Positions 9,624 to 17,531 of a stretch of DNA of 32,000 bases are shown in pieces (within the stretch, counting starts at the first letter, position 1; each line of letters begins with the position of its first letter). Source of the DNA: Erysipelotrichaceae bacterium (GTDB lineage: Bacteria; Bacillota_I; Bacilli_A; Erysipelotrichales; Erysipelotrichaceae); contig JAUVVC010000001.1 in the NCBI GenBank assembly GCA_030604855.1, positions 240,001-272,000 on the forward strand, given 5' to 3'. Position numbers and translations under genes: made by a program. The notes below the pieces were generated by a model. The model saw nothing but the letters and a program-made list of their open reading frames with translations, had not been told where the DNA came from and searched no databases.

Positions 9624-9647
9624 AAATATTTTCATAATTGATATAAT
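9620..9647 (+). promoter_or_regulatory. Candidate promoter of the ytxG-like/ytxH-like/ccpA-like operon
   Basis: TTGAAA (9620-9625), a 16-nt spacer, then TATAAT (9642-9647). It lies 20 nt before the RBS of the 9668 gene. Confidence 0.5.
9621..9634. promoter_or_regulatory. Perfect 14-bp palindrome TGAAAATATTTTCA (cre-like / LacI-family operator candidate)
   Basis: The sequence is exactly self-complementary. It overlaps the -35 hexamer and the murC stop codon. It matches the cre consensus TGWAANCGNTNWCA at every specified position except the central CG. Confidence 0.35.
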
Positions 9648-9667
9648 AGGTTCAAAGAGGTGAGCCT

Positions 9668-10051
9668 ATGGATGCATTCTTTAATAGTCTAAGCGAAATA
9701 TCAGTCATCTTCCTGCCGATTTTAGGTGCGATGGTGCTGGTATTTTTGTTGTTTCTATTCTATCGCCTATATTTGATGATGAAAAAGGTGGATCTGCTGT
9801 TGGATCGGGTGGATAAGACGTTGAATGTCGTGGATCAGGAACTCAATGAGTTGAAGACCTCCATTGAAGTTCTGTCCGGCGTTGCCAAAGGCGTTCTATA
9901 CGTTCAAAACTTCACCAAGCATTCCTTAATGACGGCGACCGTCTTCTTGGCGGAGCATTTTGAGGGCATCAAGAAGTGGTTCCAAGATATCTTTGATAAG
10001 AAGTCAGATACAGATACTCAAACAGAAGCGGACGAAGAGAGAGCCGCATAG
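9668..10051 (+). CDS. DUF948 / YtxG-like membrane-anchored stress protein
   Basis: 127 aa with one N-terminal TM helix (VIFLPILGAMVLVFLLFLFY) followed by a coiled-coil-like region. Its position directly after murC matches B. subtilis ytxG. Confidence 0.6.
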   Translation: MDAFFNSLSEISVIFLPILGAMVLVFLLFLFYRLYLMMKKVDLLLDRVDKTLNVVDQELNELKTSIEVLSGVAKGVLYVQNFTKHSLMTATVFLAEHFEGIKKWFQDIFDKKSDTDTQTEADEERAA

Positions 10052-10063
10052 AAAGGACCTGAT

Positions 10064-10714
10064 ATGGAAGACACAAACAAAAAACTTGAAGAATTCGTAG
10101 AAGAGACAAAAGAAGTGGTCGAAGAAAAAGTTGAAGAAGTAAAAGACGTCTTGGAGAATCCAGAAGGTCTTGAAGAAGTGAAGGAAGATGTTGAAGTGAA
10201 ATTTGAACATGTTAAGCAAGATGCCAAAGAAAAACTCGAAGATGTCTTGGAAAATGAAAAAGTTCAAAAAGTAGTGGAATCGATCAAAGAAGGTGCTAAG
10301 GTCGTGGGTGAGAAGACGAGTGAATTCCTTGATAAGATCGATGCGCAAGAAAAATTTGAAAAAGCTAAAGAAGTGACGCTTGAAGCTGGTCAAAAAGTAG
10401 TGAAGAAATTTGATGAATTGCGTAATGATGAAGAACTGAAAGCAAAATTCAAAGACACGACGGAGGATATCGTCGAGGGCAGTAAAAAGGTCATTGAAGA
10501 GATCAAAGAAAACGAAACCGTGCAAAAGGTTGTGGATTCGGTCAAAGATGGGGCTCGCAATGTGACGGAAAAGACGGTTGAATTCTTCGAAAAGCCGGAG
10601 GTTCAAGAGAAGATTGAAGAAGCAAAAGAAAAAACCTTATCGATTGCCGAGAAGGGCATGTCGAAATTGAAAGAATGGTTAAAGCCGAAAGGTAAGGATG
10701 ATCAAGGCGAATGA
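10064..10714 (+). CDS. E/K-rich YtxH-like / LEA-like protein with an internal duplication
   Basis: 216 aa, extremely rich in E, K and V. Two modules of about 55 aa (aa 65-119 and 151-206) are about 50% identical by hand alignment. Its position after the DUF948 gene matches ytxH. Confidence 0.55.
   Translation: MEDTNKKLEEFVEETKEVVEEKVEEVKDVLENPEGLEEVKEDVEVKFEHVKQDAKEKLEDVLENEKVQKVVESIKEGAKVVGEKTSEFLDKIDAQEKFEKAKEVTLEAGQKVVKKFDELRNDEELKAKFKDTTEDIVEGSKKVIEEIKENETVQKVVDSVKDGARNVTEKTVEFFEKPEVQEKIEEAKEKTLSIAEKGMSKLKEWLKPKGKDDQGE
10256..10681 (+). repeat. Intragenic duplication (two modules of about 165 nt, 10256-10420 and 10514-10681)
   Basis: EKVQKVVESIKEGAKVVGEKTSEFLDKIDAQEKFEKAKEVTL aligns with ETVQKVVDSVKDGARNVTEKTVEFFEKPEVQEKIEEAKEKTL. 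The similarity is also visible at the DNA level. Confidence 0.7.
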
Positions 10715-11700
10715 AAAGAGTAACGATTTATGATGTGGCTAAGGAAGCGAAGGTTTCATTAGCTACGGTCTCACGTGTCATCAATGGTCTTGAGATCGTC
10801 CGTGAGGATACGCGTCTGCGTGTCAACGAAGCAATTGAAAAATTAGGCTACAAGCCCAATGCGATCGCACAGGGTTTGGCTTTACAGAAGACCACGACGA
10901 TTGCCTTGGTCGTACCGGAAGCGAGTTTTTCGTATACGGGTCAGATCATCAATGGTTTATTGGATGTAGCGAAAATTTACAAGTATAACATCATGTTGCA
11001 TACGGTTTCGGAAGGGATTGTGGAAATCGGTGAGATCATCGATACCATCATCAAGTCCAGAGTCGATGGGGTTGTCATTTATAACGATAAACTTATTTAT
11101 GATGAACTGAAAGCTTTGACCAATTATCAGTTCCCAATTGTTTTGATCGGCAATAAGATGTCGACCAACAACATATGCAGTGTCTATGTGGATCTTGAGA
11201 AAGCGGTTTATGAATTGGTTTCTGAATATTTGGATAAGGGCAAAGGCGATATCGCCATTGTTCAAGACCGTAAGAACAAATATATGATCGAACAGTTGAT
11301 CAAGGGTGCGACGACCGCATTTGAACGTCGTGGTTTGGTCTTCGAACAGTACATTGAAATTCCGCAGGAGTATCGCAGTTCGTACCAATATCTCAAAGAA
11401 TACTTCAAGAAACGTCGCCATGATTTGGTCATCGCGTACCGTGATTCACAAGCTTTGGCCGTAGCGAATGCGGCCGCAGAGAATGACATCAAAGTTCCAG
11501 AAGAACTTGAAATCGTTTGTATCATCGATTCAAAATACAACTCGATGGTTCGTCCACAACTTTCATCGTTTACCTTCCCATCGTATGATTTGGGTGCGGT
11601 CTCGATGCGTGTCATGACCAAGATGTTGAAGCAGGACAATTTCGATGATCGTGAGATTGAGTTGAGTTATCTCTTCACACCACGTCAAACGACCAAGTAA
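10711..11700 (+). CDS. ccpA: LacI family transcriptional regulator, CcpA-like
   Basis: The HTH segment TIYDVAKEAKVSLATVSRVING...LGYKPNAIAQGLA, YKYNIML, and the C-terminal MVRPQLSSFTFPSYDLGAVSMRVMTKML closely parallel B. subtilis CcpA ([57 protein letters not shown]). Its start overlaps the upstream stop (ATGA). Confidence 0.65.
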   Translation: MKRVTIYDVAKEAKVSLATVSRVINGLEIVREDTRLRVNEAIEKLGYKPNAIAQGLALQKTTTIALVVPEASFSYTGQIINGLLDVAKIYKYNIMLHTVSEGIVEIGEIIDTIIKSRVDGVVIYNDKLIYDELKALTNYQFPIVLIGNKMSTNNICSVYVDLEKAVYELVSEYLDKGKGDIAIVQDRKNKYMIEQLIKGATTAFERRGLVFEQYIEIPQEYRSSYQYLKEYFKKRRHDLVIAYRDSQALAVANAAAENDIKVPEELEIVCIIDSKYNSMVRPQLSSFTFPSYDLGAVSMRVMTKMLKQDNFDDREIELSYLFTPRQTTK

Positions 11701-11728
11701 TTGATTATTGATTGGTTTTTGTTATAAT
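11701..11728 (+). promoter_or_regulatory. Promoter of the tyrS T-box leader
   Basis: TTGATT (11701-11706), a 16-nt spacer, then TGtTATAAT (extended -10, TATAAT at 11723-11728). Confidence 0.6.
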
Positions 11729-11729
11729 G

Positions 11730-11930
11730 ATTGTGCGTTGAAAAGGCAGAGTAGATGGGCGTTCGTTTCAGAGAGGTGATGGGGCTGAAAATCACTACGA
11801 ACTAAGATTGAATACACCTTTGAGCTGCTTTATGCAAAGTAAAGCCGTCTGCCGCGTTAAGGCTTAAAGTGACGAAAGTCGACTAAGGTGGTACCGTGCT
11901 AAAGCACCCTTGGAAGGGTGCTTTTCTATT
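11730..11930 (+). promoter_or_regulatory. T-box riboswitch leader, tyrosine specifier (UAC)
   Basis: - Stem I elements are present: GA/K-turn halves (TGAAAAGG ... CCTTTGAG), AGTAGA on the 5' side, the AG bulge AGAGAG (11770-11775) and the distal hairpin GTGAT-GGGGCTGAAA-ATCAC.
- The specifier candidate is GAA-TAC-A, with TAC at 11813-11815. A second TAC lies at 11796-11798.
- The T-box sequence is AAGGTGGTACCGTG (11885-11898).
- The terminator is AAAGCACCCTT / GGGTGCTTT plus a T-run (11901-11930).
- The downstream gene is tyrS. Confidence 0.85.
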
Positions 11931-11942
11931 TCAGGAGGAACT

Positions 11943-13193
11943 ATGGAATTTTTTGATGAATTAAAGTGGCGTGGTTTGATTAAAGATGTGACGGATGAGG
12001 CGGCGTTCATTGAGCGTTTGAAATCGCCGTTGACTTTGTATTGTGGGTTCGATCCAACGGCGGATAGTCTGCATATCGGTCATATCCAACAGTTGTTGCT
12101 TTTAAAGCGATATCAGTTACAAGGGCATACTCCGATTGCTTTATTGGGGGGTGCGACTGGGATGATCGGGGATCCACGTCCAACAACTGAGCGTAAGCTT
12201 TTGACTTTGGAAGAAATCCAAGACAACGGTAAGAAGATTCGTGTTCAATTGGATAAGTTCTTAGACAATACCGGTTCGAATGCTTTGATATCGCTGAACA
12301 ATTACGATTGGTTGAGCAAATTGGATTTGTTGTCGTTCTTACGTGAGTATGGCAAATACTTCAATATCAACTACATGTTGAATAAAGAAACCATTGCCAG
12401 TCGTTTGGACAGTGGGATCTCGTTTACCGAGTTCACTTATACAATTTTACAAGCCATTGATTTCCATCACCTGTACACACACTACAATTGTGAGTTGCAG
12501 ATTGGTGGTAGTGACCAATGGGGTAATCTGACCAGTGGTACGGAATTGATCCGAAAATTGGTTGAGAACAGTAAGGTGTTTGGTGTGACTTCACCTTTGA
12601 TCACCAATTCCGATGGCTCCAAGTTTGGTAAATCCGAAGGGAAGAATGTTTGGATGGATCCTGAAAAGACCAGTCCTTACCACTTCTACCAGTATTGGAT
12701 GAATGTCAGTGATGCGGACGTGATTGATTTCATGAAGCGTCTATCCTTCAAGACCCCGGAAGAAATTACGATGTACATTGAAAAGGTTCAAACATCCGGA
12801 CACTTACGAGAGGCTCAAAAGGTTTTGGCGGAAGAGTTGACGGTCTTGGTGCATGGTGAAGAAGGTTTGGCTTCAGCACTGAAGATCACCTCGGTCTTCT
12901 TCAACAATCAATGGGATGCCTTGGATGAAAATGAATTGGGGCTTGCACTCAGTGATGCTCCCCGTTTAAACTTAAGTGAATCGAGTCTGTTGATTGATGT
13001 CTTGGTTGCAGGTAAACTTTGTGTGAGCAAACGTGAGGCACGCGAACTGATGCAGAAGGGTTCGATCAGTATCAATGGTGAGAAAGTGGTCGACTTGGAC
13101 TTCGTATTGTCCAGTGAGCAGGCGCTCTTCAATCACTATACCGTTATTAAAAAGGGAAAGAAGACCTACTTTGTGGTCAATTTTGGTGAATGA
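11943..13193 (+). CDS. tyrS: Tyrosine--tRNA ligase
   Basis: I start at MEFFDELKW (ATG 11943, RBS AGGAGG at 11933-11938). The track start of 11910 lies inside the T-box terminator. The class I motifs LHIGH and KFGKS and a C-terminal S4-like domain are present. Confidence 0.95.
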   Translation: MEFFDELKWRGLIKDVTDEAAFIERLKSPLTLYCGFDPTADSLHIGHIQQLLLLKRYQLQGHTPIALLGGATGMIGDPRPTTERKLLTLEEIQDNGKKIRVQLDKFLDNTGSNALISLNNYDWLSKLDLLSFLREYGKYFNINYMLNKETIASRLDSGISFTEFTYTILQAIDFHHLYTHYNCELQIGGSDQWGNLTSGTELIRKLVENSKVFGVTSPLITNSDGSKFGKSEGKNVWMDPEKTSPYHFYQYWMNVSDADVIDFMKRLSFKTPEEITMYIEKVQTSGHLREAQKVLAEELTVLVHGEEGLASALKITSVFFNNQWDALDENELGLALSDAPRLNLSESSLLIDVLVAGKLCVSKREARELMQKGSISINGEKVVDLDFVLSSEQALFNHYTVIKKGKKTYFVVNFGE

Positions 13194-13690
13194 CAATGAA
13201 TTGGATGAATTGGACACTGATTGGAATTACAGCAGCTTTGACGATTTTCATCATTGTTTTAAGAATTGGTGAAGTCACTCGTTATAAGAAGTCGCTTGTT
13301 GTCTTTAAAGAAAAAAACAAGAATTTTGAAATCTTATACCACAGTAAGCGGAATATCTATTTGTTCATGGCCATGGGGGTTGTGGTGTTCACGGTTTCCA
13401 TGTTTGTGGATGGGGATATTTATGAGCGTTTATCCATGGCCGTCATCTTTACGATATTGGTATTAGCTGAGAGTTTCAGCGCTTGGATGAACTCGACCTT
13501 GTATAGCAGTGACAAAGAGTTTCTCTTTGGTTTGATCAACGATCGTTATCGTTCGATCAAAACGTATAAGGCAAAGGGTAAGCGCAATACCATCATTGTG
13601 ACATTGAAGAATGAGGAGTTGGTCGTACCGAATCCGATTGCGGAGATGATTCAGAATAAGGCGAAAGAAATTAAGAATTCAAAGAAATAG
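13190..13690 (+). CDS. Hypothetical integral membrane protein (about 3 TM helices)
   Basis: The start ATG at 13190 overlaps the tyrS stop (ATGA). ATG 13196 is an alternative, with GGTGA 6 nt upstream. The hydrophobic segments are LIGITAALTIFIIVL, IYLFMAMGVVVFTVSMF and MAVIFTILVLAESF. I recognised no family. Confidence 0.6.
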   Translation: MTMNWMNWTLIGITAALTIFIIVLRIGEVTRYKKSLVVFKEKNKNFEILYHSKRNIYLFMAMGVVVFTVSMFVDGDIYERLSMAVIFTILVLAESFSAWMNSTLYSSDKEFLFGLINDRYRSIKTYKAKGKRNTIIVTLKNEELVVPNPIAEMIQNKAKEIKNSKK

Positions 13691-13717
13691 TTTTGTATAA
13701 TAGAGACGAGGTTGTGC

Positions 13718-14221
13718 ATGCGTAAAATAATCGTGACTTTGATGATCGCTTTGTTGCTGAGTGCTTGTCAGAATGAAGCTCAGATCTTACAGGAAAAATA
13801 TGAACGATACAAACTCCATTATCAGAGTATTTTAAACACGACGCAATTCAAGACCTCGTCTGAACATTATTCAATAGAACTGAGTCTTGTGAAATTGTCA
13901 GAGGGTCAGTATCGATATGATGTGTTTGTGGATCAGCCTAAGATTGCGATGCATGATGTGGAGATCTTGGTTATCGTGGATAATGGTTTATTGTTGGTTT
14001 CCGATAAGATGATGCCCAGTGTGGGTCTTTTTGAGGATGAGAGTTATCGCTTGATTCCGTATCAAGTGGATGCGGATCTGGGGTATCACAAAGGCTTCAA
14101 CTTGAATGGCATTGTTGATTCCAATGCGATCAATCTGAAGATGGTCGTGATGTGGAAGGATTATTTTGAGATTAAGACAGAGCGTGAATATTTCAGCTTT
14201 GATTTGAGTGTAGAGGAATAA
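13718..14221 (+). CDS. Lipoprotein of unknown function
   Basis: MRKIIVTLMIALLLSAC carries a lipobox (LLSAC). ATG 13718 has GAGG 7 nt upstream. The track start of 13712 is a TTG two codons earlier. Confidence 0.65.
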   Translation: MRKIIVTLMIALLLSACQNEAQILQEKYERYKLHYQSILNTTQFKTSSEHYSIELSLVKLSEGQYRYDVFVDQPKIAMHDVEILVIVDNGLLLVSDKMMPSVGLFEDESYRLIPYQVDADLGYHKGFNLNGIVDSNAINLKMVVMWKDYFEIKTEREYFSFDLSVEE

Positions 14222-14225
14222 ATCG

Positions 14226-15851
14226 ATGAATGAGCGTCAAAAACATTCTTTAATCCTCGGTGGATTGACCAGCAGTGCTGGTATTTTTATTTCAAAGGCA
14301 ATTGGGATTTTGTATGTCACGCCCTTTACGATGTTGGCGACGGATGCGAATCTGGTGTACTATGCACGTGCCTACAACATTTATGAAATTGTTTTAAATG
14401 TGTCGATCGCAGGTCTACCGTTTGCGATTGCGACGATGGTTGCGAAATATAATCTAAAAGAGCAGTACAAAACCTTGTTGTTGGTACGTAAGTTATCCAC
14501 GGCGATACTGGCTTTGTTGGGTTTTGTGGCGATGATGGTGATGGTGCTCTTAGCTCATCCGATCGCTCAGTTTTCGGTGAGTGGGGCTGCGGATTCCTTG
14601 GAGGTTCTGCGGACGCGTAATGTCATGTTGATCATGGCTTTGGCGGTGTTTACGGTTCCTTTGTTGAACAGTTATCGGGGTTTTTATCAAGGTTTGAAGG
14701 AGTTGAGCATTTATTCTTTCTCCCAAGTCTTGGAACAGATCACGCGTGTGGCTTTCCTATTGGGAATTGGCTTCATCTTGGTGTATATCTTCAAATATGA
14801 CGCGATTTGGGCCGTGTATGGCGCGATTCTTTCAACTTCCGTGTCTGCATTAGGGTCGATTGTTTACTTCATTCAGAAGGACCGTAAGTACCTCAATGAG
14901 ATCAAAGCGAAAGCCTTGGTATCGGATGAAGTCGTTCCAGATCAAAAAGCAATCATTAAAGAAATGTTTTATTTTGCGGTTCCGTTTTTATTGAATGTGG
15001 CGTTGAACAACAGCAGCAACATGATCAATCTGATGTTTTTCAATCGAGCGATGTTGATGCATGGTGAGACCATTAAACAAGCTGATCTTTATTATTCCAT
15101 GGTCATGTTCACAACCAATAAGCTGACTTCGATTCCACAGGTGGTTGCACCGGGTTTCGTTACCGCGATCATTCCGTATGTGACGACGGCTTTTGAAAAG
15201 AAAGATCTCAAACAGATGCAGGATTATGTCCAAGATTCATTGGAGACGGTCTTCTACATTACTTTACCTTTGGCGTATTTCCTTTTTGGCATCAGCACAA
15301 AGATCTATTATGTCATGTATGGGGGTGCCAATGCGATCATTGGTGGCGAAGTTCTGGCTTATAACAGCATGACGGGGATTCTTTTCAATCTTGCGGCGGT
15401 GTCCAATGCCTTGATGATGGCGTTACGCTTAAGAAAACAGAATATCATCGTTTCGTTTGTTGCGGTCATTTTCAAGTTCATTGTATTCATTCCACTTATT
15501 CTTTGGTTCGGCTATCGTGGAAGCATCTTCTCGAATGCCTTGAATCAGTTATTACTCTTTGTGATTAATATGGCTTTGATCAAGAAGACCTATCATGTCA
15601 AATTTGGACGCAGTCTAAGACGCATCAGTTTGATGATCATCGGTTTATTGGGCATGCAGTTGAGTTTCATGTTCCTGGATTTGATTGGATTACATGTCTT
15701 AGATCAAAGTCGTTGGATTGCTTTGATCGAATTGGGGGTCTATGGTGTTGTGGGCATACTGGTGTATCTTGGGATCACGGGCTTCTTACAATTACCTCAG
15801 AACATTCTCAATTTGGACTTTAAACGACTTGTAAGGAGATTGAAACGATGA
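14226..15851 (+). CDS. MOP-superfamily polysaccharide / lipid II flippase-like protein (YtgP/MurJ-SpoVB-like)
   Basis: 541 aa and polytopic, with roughly 12-14 hydrophobic helices. Its size and its position next to the rsuA-like gene match B. subtilis ytgP. Confidence 0.75.
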   Translation: MNERQKHSLILGGLTSSAGIFISKAIGILYVTPFTMLATDANLVYYARAYNIYEIVLNVSIAGLPFAIATMVAKYNLKEQYKTLLLVRKLSTAILALLGFVAMMVMVLLAHPIAQFSVSGAADSLEVLRTRNVMLIMALAVFTVPLLNSYRGFYQGLKELSIYSFSQVLEQITRVAFLLGIGFILVYIFKYDAIWAVYGAILSTSVSALGSIVYFIQKDRKYLNEIKAKALVSDEVVPDQKAIIKEMFYFAVPFLLNVALNNSSNMINLMFFNRAMLMHGETIKQADLYYSMVMFTTNKLTSIPQVVAPGFVTAIIPYVTTAFEKKDLKQMQDYVQDSLETVFYITLPLAYFLFGISTKIYYVMYGGANAIIGGEVLAYNSMTGILFNLAAVSNALMMALRLRKQNIIVSFVAVIFKFIVFIPLILWFGYRGSIFSNALNQLLLFVINMALIKKTYHVKFGRSLRRISLMIIGLLGMQLSFMFLDLIGLHVLDQSRWIALIELGVYGVVGILVYLGITGFLQLPQNILNLDFKRLVRRLKR

Positions 15852-16546
15852 GATTGGATAAAATGTTGGCTCATTTGGGTTATGGAAGTCGTAAGGAAGT
15901 TAAAAAAATCATTCGTGCCGGTTGGGTTCTGGTGAATGATGAACTTGTACGTGATGATGATTTCCATGTCAGTGAAGCGGATTCGGTTGTGGTTTATGAT
16001 GAGAATGTGGAAATGTTGACGGAGCAGTATTTCGTGATGAACAAACCCTCGGGTACGATCTGTTCACATGACAATAGCTTGTTTCCTTCAGTTTATGACC
16101 TGTTTGATGAACCACTTTTACCAAAGACACAAGCATTTGGTCGTTTGGACCAAGATACGCAAGGGGTATTGATACTCAGCAGTGATGGTGTATTAGGGCA
16201 TCGTTTGCTGTCGCCGAAACATCATGTTAAGAAAGTCTATCAAGTGGATCTATTGAATCCATTTGATCTTAAGTTTATCCCATTGATTGAAAAAGGTTTG
16301 AAGATTGATAAAGAAGAAATCTGTGCGTCTGCTGAAGTAGAGGTCGTATCTGAAAAGCAGATTTTATTGACCTTAGTTGAAGGAAAGTATCATCAGGTTA
16401 AACGTATGATGGTGGCTTGTGAGAATGAAGTCACCAACTTGATTCGCATACAATTTGGACCCATCACGTTGGATCCTGAACTGGAACCTGGTCAATATCG
16501 TAAGTTGACTGCAGAAGAAATCGAATTATTGAGAAACCATGCTTAG
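15848..16546 (+). CDS. rsuA: 16S rRNA pseudouridine synthase, RsuA family
   Basis: The N-terminal S4 domain (MRLDKMLAHLGYGSRKE) and the catalytic motif GRLDQDTQGVLIL are present, with YHQVKRM near the C-terminus. The start overlaps the upstream stop (ATGA). Confidence 0.85.
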   Translation: MRLDKMLAHLGYGSRKEVKKIIRAGWVLVNDELVRDDDFHVSEADSVVVYDENVEMLTEQYFVMNKPSGTICSHDNSLFPSVYDLFDEPLLPKTQAFGRLDQDTQGVLILSSDGVLGHRLLSPKHHVKKVYQVDLLNPFDLKFIPLIEKGLKIDKEEICASAEVEVVSEKQILLTLVEGKYHQVKRMMVACENEVTNLIRIQFGPITLDPELEPGQYRKLTAEEIELLRNHA

Positions 16547-16548
16547 GT

Positions 16549-16589
16549 TTCTTTCTTTATGCCAAAAGAAAGAACACCTTGCGGTGTTC
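16549..16589. terminator. Convergent terminator region between rsuA (+) and rpsD (-)
   Basis: GAACACC (16572-16578) pairs with GGTGTTC (16583-16589). On the - strand it is followed by TTTCTTTTGG, which makes it the rpsD terminator. An overlapping AT-rich hairpin, TTCTTTCTTT (16549-16558) with AAAGAAAGAA (16565-16574), is also present. Confidence 0.7.
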
Positions 16590-16596
16590 ATTCATC

Positions 16597-17208
16597 TTAT
16601 CGGTTGTAGTATTCAACAACTAAGGCTTCGTTGACTTGATCATTCAACTCTGCACGTTCTGGCAAACGTACGAAGGTGCCCTTTAAGGCTTCTTTATCAA
16701 ATGTAACGTAGTTCTTAGTGGAAACAGTTGCTTCCAAAGCTTCTTTGATTGCAGGAATGTTGCGTGATGCTTCCTTGACGCTGATGACAGCACCAGGTTT
16801 GACCAAGAATGAAGGGATGTCTACTTTTTGACCATCGACCAAAATGTGGCCGTGGTTGACAAGTTGACGTGCTGCACGACGTGTTCTTGCTAAGTTCATA
16901 CGGTATACGACATTGTCCAAACGGCTTTCGAGTAAGAACAAGAAGTTATGACCAGTATTGCCCTTTAAGTGTTGAGCTTTTAAATACAAGTTGTAGAATT
17001 GACGTTCGTTGACACCGTAAGTGAAACGAATACGTTGTTTTTCACGGAGTTGTTGTCCGTAGTTGGTGAGTTTTGCAGGACGTGCATCTGGTGCTTTACC
17101 AGGAGCCGTTGTGCGTGGTCTCTTACCTGCGAATTCTTCGCCGGTTTCTAGAATTGAGAATTGTAAGCGTCGCGATACTTTCCATACCGGACCATTAATG
17201 CGTGCCAT
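16597..17208 (-). CDS. rpsD: 30S ribosomal protein S4
   Basis: I start at [15 protein letters not shown] (17208), with GGAGG 8 nt upstream. The track start of 17238 adds 10 residues that are not S4-like. The product is 203 aa of typical S4 sequence with an S4 RNA-binding domain. Confidence 0.96.
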   Translation of the reverse strand: MARINGPVWKVSRRLQFSILETGEEFAGKRPRTTAPGKAPDARPAKLTNYGQQLREKQRIRFTYGVNERQFYNLYLKAQHLKGNTGHNFLFLLESRLDNVVYRMNLARTRRAARQLVNHGHILVDGQKVDIPSFLVKPGAVISVKEASRNIPAIKEALEATVSTKNYVTFDKEALKGTFVRLPERAELNDQVNEALVVEYYNR

Positions 17209-17360
17209 TGTAATACCTCCTATGTGTTTAGGCTTCAAATCACTAGGGACAAATCTTCATCTAGGGTGTTAATCTTAGAGTTTCACCATTGCAGCATGGG
17301 TACTTCTCGCCAGAATGTGATTAACGCGGGTTAAATGACTTTGTCTGCCGCTCATTGACG
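17209..17360 (-). promoter_or_regulatory. rpsD 5' leader (candidate S4 autoregulatory leader)
   Basis: An untranslated leader of about 150 nt lies between a good promoter and the rpsD RBS. S4 autoregulation through the rpsD leader is established in B. subtilis. I did not verify the structure here. Confidence 0.4.
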
Positions 17361-17367
17361 CTTATAG

Positions 17368-17396
17368 AGTTTAGCATTTCTACTATGACTTGTCAA
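17368..17396 (-). promoter_or_regulatory. rpsD promoter
   Basis: On the - strand: TTGACA (17396-17391), a 17-nt spacer, then TGcTAAACT (-10 at 17373-17368, extended TG). Confidence 0.65.
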
Positions 17397-17434
17397 ATCA
17401 AGCACCAAGCTGTCTCAATTTGAAATGTGCTAAG

Positions 17435-17472
17435 AAAAACCGCATGCATGGGATGACCAGATTGCGGTTTTT
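17435..17472. terminator. Bidirectional hairpin terminator downstream of the orphan secreted-protein gene
   Basis: AAAAACCGCA (17435-17444) pairs with TGCGGTTTTT (17463-17472) across an 18-nt loop. A/T runs on both sides give a U-tract on either strand. Confidence 0.6.
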
Positions 17473-17480
17473 CGTTCGAG

Positions 17481-17492
17481 TTTGAATAGACT
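17481..17492 (+). repeat. 12-bp motif TTTGAATAGACT, left copy
   Basis: It is the exact inverted repeat of 18156-18167. A 10/12 copy in the same orientation lies at 18177-18188. Confidence 0.8.
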
Positions 17493-17531
17493 TTATGAAT
17501 TGTTGGATATCGAAAGAAGATGTTGGGACGG

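Noticed and set aside
10004-10606. 200-aa Phe-rich ORF on the - strand
   Set aside because: It is the mirror image of the GAA/AAA/GAG-rich (E/K) + strand gene at 10064-10714. TTC/TTT codons arise automatically on the antisense strand. It has no RBS, and the + strand gene has the syntenic context.
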